A DNA stretch of 64,000 bases from Dimorphilus gyrociliatus (Eukaryota; Animalia; Annelida), in the NCBI GenBank assembly GCA_904063045.1, contig CAJFCJ010000019.1, positions 1,311,650-1,375,649 of the forward strand, read 5' to 3'. The first letter of the stretch is position 1. Each line of letters begins with the position of its first letter. Positions 12,321 through 24,745 of this stretch are shown here, one piece after another. Position numbers and translations under genes: made by a program. Below the pieces are notes generated by a model. That model saw nothing but the letters and a program-made list of their open reading frames with translations. It searched no databases and had not been told where the DNA came from.

Positions 12321-13936
12321 ATGTCGATCATATCGAAAGTGATTAACTATGATGTTTTGCCCACGAAAGTGGCTGATTTTCTAAGAGATACGCCTAATTG
12401 GAAATTGGTTGCTGGTGGAGGATTGGTACTTTTAGGGGGTTATTACGCGTTTTTTAAAGATAATAGTGGACTTCCGGGACCGAGAGGCTATCCAATTGTT
12501 GGAATACTACCATTGCTTGACAAGAAAGCGCCGCATTTAAGTATCTATGCGATGTCCGAAAAGTATGGAGATGTATGCTCTCTATCATTTCTGAGTGATG
12601 ATTTTGTTTTGGTGTCTGGTGAGAAAAATATCTACGACATTTACATTAACAAGCAAGATGATTTCTCTAATAGACTTCGTAATGTGAGAATCGCAACAGT
12701 GTTGGACGGTTTGATGGATATCACTTCTATGAATGATTGTGAAAAGTTTAGAGATGTTAAGAAACTGACAATGAGATCTTTAAAGACATATGGCGAAGGC
12801 ATGGAGAGGGTAGAAGATATCTCCACCGAAGTTATCGGTGATTTTATTAATTTTATTGCAGAAACAAAAGGCAAACCCCTCGATATAAGTAAAAAACTTA
12901 AAGATGTCTTTGGTGACATTATCACATCAATGGTTCTTAATAAAAGAGTTAGCAACACAATAACACAAAAGTTTGTTCACAACTACGATAGAATTTTGAC
13001 TTATACAATAAACCCATTCACGGCTATTATAGAGTTTTTTCCTTGGCTAAAATATTTTGGTAATCATACTTATAAAACTTTAAGAAATTTCGTAAAGCTT
13101 CGAAATAAATTAATAAATCCTCTTGTTGAAAGTGCTTTTAAAGAGTACGATCCTGATGATATTAAAACGGCTTTCCAACAGATAGTGTTTCTAATGAACC
13201 AATCAAAATTTGATTACAATTTGAGGGATATGACAGCGGTTGTTATTGTTCTAATAGTGGCAGGCTTTGTAACGACTTCATCAACTTTGTACGGACTCTT
13301 CCCTATTCTTATGGCCCATAGACATGTTGAGGAGAAAATTCTTCAAGAAATTTCTGAAGTTATTGGTTTTGATAGGTCTCCTAAATTATCAGATAAAGCG
13401 AATATGCCCTACACCGAAGCTACGATCTTGGAAGCTCATCGTATCCTCTCCATATTACCTTTTAGCCTTCCACATCAGGCTACACGAAACACAACTCTTG
13501 GAGGATATAACATAAAGAAAGGAACCACAATATGGCCAAATATCTGGGGTCTTCATCACGACAAAGAGATTTGGGGTGACCCATACAACTTCCGACCTGA
13601 GAGATTTCTGGACAAGGATGGAAAAGTCCTTTCTGTAGAACATAGACTAAGAAAGTGGTTAGTATTAAAAACATTTATCTATTGAAATGTCTATATACTC
13701 ACCATTGACATTTCTTCTCTTCTAGTCTTCTCCCATTTGGAGCTGGACGACGAGTATGCCTTGGTAAAAATATGGCTAACAACCGATTATTCCTTTTCCT
13801 TACAACAGTCTTACAAAGATTTAAATTTCAACCGGAAGAGGGAAAAACTGTTTTATGGGATCCAAAGGAAATGGAGTATAGTGTGGTACTTTGTCAAAAA
13901 CCCTATAAAATGAGCTTTTTACCAAGGCAATCCTAA
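12321..13936 (+). CDS. Cytochrome P450 copy A (clan-2-like); exons 12321-13657, 13726-13936
   Basis: TM anchor, PGPRGYP hinge, AGFVTT I-helix, EAHR (ExxR), PERF and FGAGRRVCLG heme motif after a phase-2 intron. A probable 5'UTR intron lies at about 12150-12305. Confidence 0.93.
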
Positions 13937-14927
13937 AAAATATCATCAATCTTTACTTTTGCAAATTGAAAAGCAAATTTATTAACTCACTAACTGTTAC
14001 CAAAATTTCATCACTTTCATAACATAAAATATACAACATTATAAGATATTTAAGAATTTGTATTGATGAATATAAACTTCTTACTTACTTGGATTTATTT
14101 TTTATGTTTTCAATTGATTGAATAATTAATAGAGTTAAAAATTCTAATAATTTTTATAGGCCTATAATTGAGATAGTAATAGCAAAGTATATATTTGCCT
14201 TAAAACAACAGAAACGACATAGATTTATAAAAGTTTAACTATGGCTACTCTTTTATGCGCATAATTCCATTTTAAACTAATAAAAATTTTTTATCCTATG
14301 TTATATATATATACATTGTATATCTCATAGATACTTTCGTAAAAAAGAAAAAACCTTATTAATGACAGTAATACAGATAGAAATAGGTAGAAGTTGTTTT
14401 TTCAATTTTTATATAAGTCTTTATTTATTATATTGGGTACTCTTTGTTATCATATTAAGTTAATATATAAAATAACTTTTGGAATATTCTAAAAAATTTC
14501 GATAAAAGGTTCTGGATATTTTTATTCTATTTTAAACATAAAATCCAATTTTGTGGTCGTTTGAAAGTCGCAGGTTTGACAAATGATAATCCAGGGACTA
14601 GACATATAGCCTTGACCTAAAAATAAACAAATTAAAGTGTTTTATACTCATGCAAAACCAATACATTATTATCTTAACAAAATAGTCAAGTGTCTCTACC
14701 TGATTAAAGTGCCAATTACAAACCTTTGAAGGACAAAGTCATTTTATACATAAAAAAACGATCAGTTATTCATAAATAAAGGACGAAAACTGATTCTTCC
14801 ACAAAAATAGCTTAAAAATAGCATAGAACTGCAACTTAGCCTATATATCGACAGTTTAGGGCATTCTACAACTAGTCTATTTGCTCTTGTAAATTCATTC
14901 CATTTTTGAGGATAGATTAGTAAAATT

Positions 14928-16537
14928 ATGGCTTCGTGGATGAAAGCTTTTTATTACGATAATGTTTCAAATAAGCTGACAGATTTAGTAGAAACCACGC
15001 CAGCATGGAAACTCGTCGCTGGTGGAAGTCTACTATTAGTTGGAGGATACTATATTTTCTTCAAAGACAGAAATTCACTTCCAGGACCAAGAGGACTTCC
15101 TATTTTAGGAATTCTTCCTTGGCTCGATAAAGACTTACCTCATCTTGATCTATCTTCTTATAGAAAACAGTATGGTGATGTGTTGAAAGCGCCTATAATG
15201 ACAGAGGATATCATACTTGTTTCCGGAGAAAATAATATCTATGATTTATATATTAATAAACAAAACGACTTTTCAAATAGAGACCGTGGCGTAAGAGTTA
15301 CGGCCATATTAAATGGCATTGAAGATATTTCTATTATGAATGACCATCAATTATTTAGAGATTCAAAGAAGATGACTCTTAGATCTCTTAAAACCTATTC
15401 GGAGGGAATGAAAAAAGTAGAGGATATCTCTTCCGAAATAATTGGTGAATTTTTAGAATACATACAATCTACACAATCCAAACCAGTAGATATTGACGAT
15501 AAAATGAAAGCTTTGTTCGGTAATATTATCATATCTATGACCCTAAATAGGAGAATCGAATCTTCTGTTATGGAGAAATTTGTTGCTACATATGAAAAGA
15601 TTTTCAAAATTGTTCTTGCACCTTCAACTGCAATTTTAGAGGTATTTCCTTGGCTTAGAAGCTGTGGTAATAAAGCCTATAAAATGCTGGTGAATTGCGC
15701 AAAAAGACGAGATAATCTAATAGAACCTATTGTTAGAGAGGCAATAGACAATTTTGATCCTCATGATATAAAAACTACTACTGATCAACTTTGGCATTAT
15801 ATGAATCAATCAAATATAGATTATGATTTCAAACATCTTTATGGTATTTCTTCTGGTTTAATCATTGCTGGTTTCATTACAACTTCTTCGACATTGTATG
15901 GACTTTTTCCAATTCTAATGTCACATAGACATATTGAACAGAAGATTCTTCAAGAAATTGAACATAATATTGGTTTTAATCGTCTTCCATCACTCGATGA
16001 TAAAGCTAATATGCCATACACGGAAGCTACAATATTGGAGGCTCATCGCTATCTATCTGTTGTACCTTTTAGTTTACCACATATAGCTGTAAGAGATTCG
16101 ACAATTGGAGGTTATAATATAAAGAAGGGAAGTCAAATATGGCCAAATATTTGGGGTCTTCATCATGATGAAACGATTTGGGGAGATCCTGAAAATTTCC
16201 GACCCGAAAGATTTTTGGATGATAATGGTCGTGTTCTAACAGCGGAACATCGATTCAGAAAATGGTAAGCGAAATAAGTAAAATCTATAATATTGAACTA
16301 TTGTTGACGAGTACTTTTAACCACAGTCTTCTTCCATTCGGAGCGGGTAGGAGAGTATGTGTAGGTAAAAATCTTGCAAATAATCGATTATTCTTGTTTC
16401 TTTGTTCGATGTTACAAAGATTTGAATTTAACCCGGAAGATGGTAAAACAGTTGAATGGGACTTTAAGCAGATGCAATTCGGTGTACTTCTCAGTCACAA
16501 ACCCTATAAGATGTGTTTTACACCAAGAGAAAATTGA
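14928..16537 (+). CDS. Cytochrome P450 copy B; exons 14928-16264, 16327-16537
   Basis: Same motifs (AGFITT, EAHR, PERF, FGAGRRVCVG); 62-bp intron at the same position as in copy A. Confidence 0.93.
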
Positions 16538-18092
16538 TTAATTTTAAATTTTCAGTGAAAAGTTTAAAATGTTATTATAGCAAATTCTTTTAAATGGAAT
16601 GCTTGAATACTATTTTAAAAAAATGAATATTTCCTTGACTTTTTGTATGATTTCAAGCTTTTAGCTATATTTGTTTCGAAATGAATAAAATATCAGGATA
16701 CATTTCTAAATGTATTATCTATTAATAGACTTTTGTAAAAGGAAAGTAATGTGAGTGTTAATCGGCATAATTTTCAATTTTATGGCAAGCAGTTAATTTG
16801 AAGTGATAAAGTGAATTGTTTTTTTTAATAACGGATTGAGAAGAAGATATTGTATTGATCTGCTATTGTTTTTCTCATACATTGAAAAGTTAAATATATA
16901 TTGGAAGATAAAGGACATGCCAATTATCTAATTCGTGAATCCTTTATAATCTATTTTTAATAAGTCCTCTTTTAATTGTTATACTAACATAATCTATACA
17001 TGTTTTTATAAAGTATGCTAAGATTATTATATATATAACGATTTGCTTAGAAAACAAAACCTACACGTTTTGGATTACTTAATTAAAAGCCAAGAGAAAT
17101 TTAATAAGAATGGCATGTTTATTAGAAAAGTAATCAATTACAGTCTTTTTTCTAAGAAATTTATGATATATTTCTTATCGTAAGCCTAATTTTTTTCAAA
17201 ATTATTAAATTTACTGAAAGGTTGATTGTTCATCTGTTAAATACATTTGAAATAACATATTATTTCTATTTTACTTTATACTGTTACCTTAATAAAAGTC
17301 ATATATAAATTAATGATTTTTTTGCTTTGGTTATTAGAAAGGTAACAACTCTGAAATATTCACCTTAGTAGGGTGAAAAATGTTATTTTTTTATAATTTT
17401 AAAATTGATCTCTTATTGTCATAGTTTGAATAATGTTTAATAATATTAAAGACTGTTAGATTACTGATTAAAGTTTTCTTTCTCTTCAAACCAGTGAAAA
17501 TAATGCAAAATAGAAATACGTTTCTTTCTTTAAAACAACATTGTAATACTTAATATACACGTTACATCAGCATTTCCTTATGAAATCTTTTCATATTTTC
17601 AGTAATATAAACTATGAGCATTAAAGAGTAGTATTCTACGGAAGATAAATAACCTTTGAATAGACAATTAACCTGAAAGTTAACTGGGTATAATTTGAAG
17701 AAACTCAATAAATTGTAATTCCATGTAATATCATATCAGGCGATCTGTCTGAGGTTAAATTATGTTCTGGGCTAAAGCAGAATATAAATGATTTAACCTT
17801 TAATATAGCAGAAACGAATAAAGACTGCTGTTTAGAGATTGAAAGGTATATTCTATCATCGACTTTTACCCTAAAGAAAGCTTGAAAATTATCTAGATTA
17901 ATATCTAAACCTTTTATTTGGAATAACCTTGTTGGAATGAAAAAAACATTTTTTGCATATCTTATCATTCTATCTTAAAAAAGAGTGAATTAGTTATAAC
18001 ATATATTGTATTATATATTTAGATATACTTATTAAGTATTCTATTATAAAACAACTTAGAATGTCTTTTTTTAAATATACTTGAAATTTGAA

Positions 18093-18118
18093 CTCTCTCT
18101 CTCTCTCTCTCTCTCTCT
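18093..18118. repeat. (CT)n microsatellite
   Basis: Perfect CT run visible in the sequence. Confidence 0.95.
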
Positions 18119-18573
18119 ATGTTCCAGTTGACTTTATGATATAGATAATTGATAGTGTTATTCTGAATAAAGAAGAATATACCTTCTACATTATTAATAG
18201 GGTTTCGACGAAATTTCTTTCCAAAAAACGATTTATATTTCAAAATGACAGAATTGTCATTCATGTCAATGCTGACAATTGTTTGCAATAACACAAATGA
18301 TTTCATAGTTATTTTAGCTTTTCGAATAATGTACATAAACATCGTTACATATACTGTATAAATATTAGTATATCTTCAATATAATTATTTCTTTCATATA
18401 GACCAAATATCAGTGTATATCTAAAAAGTGTGCTTTGAAACATGCATGCTTGATAACAATACTTCAAACTTTAGATAAATTAATAATAAACAAATACTCC
18501 TATTCAACAATATAACGCACTTAATTTATACTGTGTTGATAACAGTTTTTCTTTAAAGTCCACATCAAAATAC

Positions 18574-20183
18574 ATGGCTACGTCGGTAAATTTCATTACT
18601 TATAGCAATGTAACCAATAAGTTAACAGAATTGGCTAAAGATACACTGACATGGAAGATCGTCACTGGTGGAGGTCTACTATTGGTGGGAGGATACTATA
18701 TTTTCCTAAAGGACAGAAATTCACTTCCAGGACCAAGAGGATTTCCTTTTTTAGGAATTACTCCATGGCTTGACAAAGAAACGCCTCATTTAAATCTTAT
18801 AGATTATACCAAAGAATATGGGGATGTTTGTAAAATACCCATTATGTTGAATGATATAATTTTCGTTTCTGGAGAAAAGAATATATACGATATGTACATT
18901 AACAAACAAGACGACTTCTCAAATAGACTCCATAGTGTAAGATTTAAGGCTTTAAAAAATGGCTTTCAAGATCTCACTTTTATGAATGACCATCAATTAT
19001 TTAGAGATTCAAAGAAGATGACTCTTAGATCTCTTAAAACCTATTCGGAGGGAATGAAAAAAGTAGAGGACATCTCTTCCGAAATAATAGGTGAATTTTT
19101 AGAATACATACAATCTACACAATCCAAACCAGTAGATATTAGTAATAGATTAAAAGTTCTATTTGGTAGTATAATCACATCTATGACCCTAAATAGGAGA
19201 ATTGAAAATTCTGTTATGGAGAAATTTGTAGCTGCATATGACGAAATTCTTATAATACTTCAATCTCCCTCAACTGCAATTTTAGAGGTATTTCCTTGGC
19301 TTAGAAGCTGTGGTAATAAGTCCTATAAAAAGTTGGTAAATTGCGCAAAAAGACGAGATAATCTAATAGAACCTATTGTTAGAGAGGCAATAGACAATTT
19401 TGATCCTCATGATATAAAAACTACTACTGATCAACTTTGGCATTATATGAATCAATCAAATATAGATTATGATTTTAAAGATCTTTATGGTATTTCTTAT
19501 AATTTGATTGTTGCCGGTTTCATTACAACTTCCTCGACATTGTATGGACTTTTTCCAATTCTAATGTCACATAGACATATTGAACAGAAGATTCTCCAAG
19601 AAATTGAACATAATATTGGTTTTAATCGTCTTCCATCACTCGATGATAAAGCTAATATGCCATACACGGAAGCCACAATATTGGAGGCTCATCGCTATCT
19701 ATCTGTTGTACCTTTTAGTTTACCACATATAGCTGTAAGAGATTCGACAATTGGAGGTTATAATATAAAGAAGGGAAGTCAAATATGGCCAAATATTTGG
19801 GGTCTTCATCATGATGAAACGATTTGGGGAGATCCTGAAAATTTCCGACCCGAAAGATTTTTGGATGATAATGGTCGTGTTCTAACAGCGGAACATCGAT
19901 TCAGAAAATGGTAAGCGAAATAAGTAAAATCTATAATATTGAACTATTGTTGACGAGTACTTTTAAGCACAGTCTTCTTCCATTCGGAGCGGGTAGGAGA
20001 GTATGTGTAGGTAAAAATCTTGCAAATAATCGATTATTCTTGTTTCTTTGTTCGATGTTACAAAGATTTGAAGTTAACCCGGAAGATGGTAAAACAGTTG
20101 AATGGGACTCAAAGCAGATGCGATTCGGTTTGCTTCTCACTCACAAACCGTACAAGATGTGTTTTACATCAAGAAATAATTAA
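18574..20183 (+). CDS. Cytochrome P450 copy C; exons 18574-19910, 19973-20183
   Basis: Intact ORF with the same motifs and intron position as copy B. Confidence 0.93.
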
Positions 20184-20457
20184 TTGTTGTTGATTAGGTG
20201 ACGGTTTTTAGTAATAAATTAATTCTTATCATATGATAGTCATTTGTAGTTGTTCTATGCTCTAAAAATGGTTTTAATAGAAGAATGAGAAGTAACTTTC
20301 GGTCTAATATTTCTGATATTAGGCTGAATAGTATAGCTGAGATTTTTAGTGGTTTAATGAAACGTTAGTGCGCTTGTAGCTCGTGATTTTAAAAACTGGT
20401 GCAACAGACAATTTTACTTAGCTCGATTTAAAAATTTTTTTAAGATAAATAGACACT

Positions 20458-22002
20458 ATGGGTTTGCTGGGATATACTAATATGTATAATAACTTATCAA
20501 CCCAGGTAAATGAATGGGTGGAAGATATACCAACATGGAAGATCGTCACTGGTGGAAGTTTGTTATTGATTGGAGGATATTATATTTTCTTCAAAGACAG
20601 ATATTCACTTCCTGGACCAAGAGGGTATCCATTTTTAGGAATTGTTCCATGGCTTGATAAAGAAACACCTCATCTTAATCTTATCGATTATGCAAAAAAA
20701 TACGGTAATGTTTGTAAAGTGTCTCTAATGACAGAAGATATCATACTTGTTTCCGGAGAAAAGAATATCTATGATGTACACATTAATAAACAAGACGATT
20801 TCGCAAATAGACTCCATAGTGTAAGGTTCGAAGCTGTATTGAATGGAGCAGACGACCTCGCTGTAATGAATGATAGTGAAAACTATAGAGAATCAAAGAA
20901 GATGACACTTAGATCTCTTAAAACCTAATCGGAGGGAATGAAAAAAGTAGAGGACATCTTTCCGAAATAATTGGTGAATTTTTAGAATACATACAATCTA
21001 CACAATCCAAACCAGTAGATATTAGCGATAAACTAAAAATTCTATTTGGTAATATAATCATATCTATGACCCTAAATAGGAGAATTGAATCTTCTGTTAT
21101 GGTGAAATTTGTTGCTACATATGAAGAAATTTTCAGACTAGTTCTTGCACCTTCTACTACAATTTTAGAAGCTTTTCCTTGGCTAAAATATTTCGGTAAT
21201 AAGACTTATAAAAAATTGGTGACTTGTGCAACAATACGAGATAAGCTACTAATACCTGTTGTTAGAGAGGCAATAGACAATTTTGATCCTCATGATATAA
21301 AAACTACTACTGATCAACTTTGGCATTATATGAATCAATCAAATATAGATTATGATTTCAAACATCTTTATGGTATTACAATTGGCCTAATTGTTGCTGG
21401 TTTCATTACAACTTCTTCGACATTGTATGGACTTTTGGTTTTAACCGTCTTCCATCACTCGATGATAAAGCTAATATGCCATACACAGAAGCTACAATAT
21501 TGGAGGCTCATCGTTTTCTAACTGTTGTACCTTTTAATATACCACATATAGCTGTTAGAAATTCGACAATTGGAGGTTATAATATAAAGAAGGGGAGTCA
21601 AATATGGCTAAACATTTGGGGTCTTCATCATGATGAAACTATTTGGGGAGATCCTGAAAATTTCCGACCCGAAAGATTTTTGGATGATAATGATCGTGTT
21701 CTAACAGCGGAACATCGATTCAGAAAATGGTAAGCGAAATAAGTAAAATCTATAATATTGAACTATTGTTGACGAGTACTTTTAACCACAGTCTTCTTCC
21801 ATTCGGAACGGGTAGGAGAGTATGTGTAGGTAAAAATCTTGCAAATAATCGATTATTCTTGTTTCTTTGTTCGATGTTACAAAGATTTGAATTTAACCCG
21901 GAAGATGGTAAAACAGTTGAATGGGACTCGAAGCAGATGCGATTCGGTTTGGCTCTCAGTCACAAACCCTATAAGATGCGTTTTACACCACGAAACAAAT
22001 AA
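20458..22002 (+). pseudogene. Cytochrome P450 copy D, pseudogene
   Basis: Compared with B and C: TAT>TAA nonsense change at 20926-20928, a 1-bp deletion near 20959, and a 64-bp deletion at 21436/21437. The intron (21730-21791) and heme exon are retained. Confidence 0.85.
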
Positions 22003-22625
22003 ATGTTATTGCTTTATTCATAATCCTGATTTTTATTTATTATTGTTATGAATAGATTTATGTGAACTATGATCGAAATTTTAACTTTATCTTTCTTATC
22101 CTATCAGTATATCTATTTTTGTCCCGTTTATGTTTTGAACAATAACAAACATTTATAAAAGGTTCTATTAAGAAAGTAAAAGATTTATTACGTCGTCTAC
22201 GAAATTATAATATTGTTTTGAACAAATATTTAAGAGAAGTTTTGAACAAAGTGTTTTATTGACAAGTAATACTTAATTTTCATTGAACATCTAACGATTT
22301 CGTATCAACAATAATATATTTTTGATTGTTTAATAAACAGTTAGCACAATTTAGTGTAATAGAAAGTTTCTCTTTCTTTTTCTTCCTTTAAAATGATTAT
22401 AAACTGAAAGCTATTGAATAATGCTTACAGTTTAGTTGTTCGTTTCAAATTGTTTTTTGATAAGTATTAAAGAAAATGAAATTAACGTTTGCGTTTAATC
22501 ATTAAAGTTTTAAAAGTAATAACTATATTTTTAAACTAATAAGGCAATCAATACAATTTAAAAAAAAATGTCCATCATCATAAACTATTTTGTTTTTTTT
22601 ATACTTATTTGCATATTTAAATTAA

Positions 22626-24448
22626 CTAGCTAGTATTTTTCTCTTCTGTTGGAAGCATATTTAATTGCCGATTGGTCTCATCAAGACTTCTACTTATATC
22701 ACGTTCAATATCATTCCATATATCGCTTGCATTCTCTTCTGCGTTATCAATTCTGATATTGTCCGTGACTTCAGCCTTTTGTAATCTAGCTTTTCTTGCC
22801 TTTCTTAATCTGGCTAATCTGTACTGAGCTGATAACATACCGACCGCCGCAACAAATGCGGCAATTATACTGCAATATAGAAGAAGCGACATTAGTCCCT
22901 TTTTTGATTTGTATGCATAGATGTATCCAGCAATCCATGGTAAAACCATTGATCCACCTGCCGATGCAACAAAAGTTAAAGATGTTGTTAAAACGTTTAT
23001 TTTCATTTTTGAGTTTGCCCAGTTTAGCCAGGCCGGAAATATCGGTGATAGAGTCATTGCAAAAAGGCAAGAAAATATCCATAAAATTGTTTTGAATCTA
23101 GAGGCATAGGCTACAAGAATTGCACAGCATATTATACAAGAACCAAGGCACCAGGTTAGAATAGAACTCGAGTGGATGCATCTTGAAAAGACTAGAGATA
23201 TACCTCTACCCGCCGTGAAACTAGCCCAGAAACACGTTTCAAGAAGTGTACCCTCTCCAATTTCGAAGGATGTTACTTCTCTGGCATAAGCAAATAAGAA
23301 CTTGCCTATGACCCGTTCAGCACCAATAGGAAGTGGACAAAATGTAAAAAGAAAAGTTAGCATGATACAAGCTAAAGGAAAATCTCCTTCAGTCCAACTT
23401 TTAGGCTTATACCAATTCTTATCAAATGTAAATTGGTTTCTATGTAAATCATAATCGTCAGCTCTCCAAGCACTATCTTTTCTTGACTTTCGGAAAAAGG
23501 TTAAAAACATGAGAGCTACAATAAATGTTAAACATGAGGCGATAGCGAATGGATACTCCAGCGAAGCAGACCACCCATCCTCAAAAGTTACAGAAACATC
23601 ATTCGACGTTACAGTTTGATTGGACATGTCGTGATTTTCACGGTCGAGAATAAATGGACGAACAAGTTGGGGAGCGATCAGCGCCCCCACCCCAAAAGCG
23701 AAATGTAGAGAATAAGTAGGAGTTGCAGCCCTATCTTTCCATAATCTTATAATAAATCCATTGCCCCCGGAAGCTAGTACCCCTTTGCCGCAACCGTCGA
23801 GGGAAAACATGGCTCCTAACATTGGTAAATTTGTACAAAGGGGAGCCATGGCAGTACCTATCCCAGCCACACCAAGTGCAATGGCCAAAACGAGATCTGT
23901 GTACTTGGCGAATGCTTCGCAGACTATTCCACCTGTTAGTGCTCCTATAAGAAAGCCTAAGCCCCTAGCTACAAGAACCCTAGATATTTCTTCGTAGTTT
24001 GCTTTTACTCTAGCTCTTAAGTAGGGCAAGGCTGGTGCACAAATCTCTGAAAACAAACCCTATAAATAAAGAACAGCGTTGAATTAAAATTGAAAATCGA
24101 GTAAAAATAGCATTAAATTCTGAAGTTTCGTATTACTAATTGATAAATTAGGCTCACCATACAAATCCAAGCAAGTATCATTGTAATTGTTTTAATCATT
24201 CTAACTTTTTTCCTACGCTTCTCTTTCTTTCTATTTTCCGTCGCTTCTTTAGACAATATTTTAACTTCAACTTTTTCCTCTTCTACTTTCGGTCGACTTG
24301 GCGGTCTTTTAAGTGACATAGTAGTACCATTCGAATAAACAGGAGTTTGTCTAGCACTAAATCTTACTGGTAGATGTGGTACCCGTCTTGGAATAACTGC
24401 TAAAGGTTTCCTTACGGGGATTCTTATGTGAGGATGGTAATCGCTCAT
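22626..24448 (-). CDS. Major facilitator superfamily transporter, MFSD4/NAGLT1-like; exons 24448-24158, 24059-22626
   Basis: The splice gives ILAWICM-GLFSEICAPAL...ARGLGFLIGALTGG. Many TM helices; LHFAFGVGALIAP, GAERVIGKFL and FWASFTAGRG resemble the MFSD4 family. Confidence 0.8.
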
Positions 24449-24574
24449 GATTGGCTACTCTCCGGTAAAATTTCTTCGGATAAACTATTTTAACGCTATG
24501 CTCAATCCGTGAGAATGATTGCATTTGACAAACAATTTAATTAAAAAAAAAAAACCGAAATTTGATCGAAGCGC

Positions 24575-24610
24575 ACCGCCCGGAAATTGTTATCTGTCAC
24601 GTGATCGTAT
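24575..24610. promoter_or_regulatory. Bidirectional promoter (MFS/TLC gene) with ETS-like CCGGAAAT and CLEAR-like GTCACGTGAT
   Basis: CCGGAAAT 24580-24587 and GTCACGTGAT 24596-24605 lie in the 297-bp gap between divergent ATGs. Confidence 0.5.
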
Positions 24611-24745
24611 CTATGGTAAGGCCTACACTGCATATCAGCCCATGCCACACCTCCATATATATTTCAGAGCAGACTGAGTTTTTGGCATTTTTTTTACTTT
24701 CATAAAGAGATTAGCGGAATTTTTCAACGTTTATTTAATTAAGAA

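Noticed and set aside
14600-14745. Nuclear-receptor half-site-like motifs (TGACCT, GGACAAAGTCA) upstream of CYP B
   Set aside because: Short and degenerate, and not shared at equivalent positions by the other copies.
17705-18342. Two minus-strand ORFs (87 and 107 aa) between CYP B and CYP C
   Set aside because: AT-rich and low in complexity, and one runs through a (CT)n microsatellite. I see no motif or splice logic, although a decayed gene or transposon cannot be excluded without a search.
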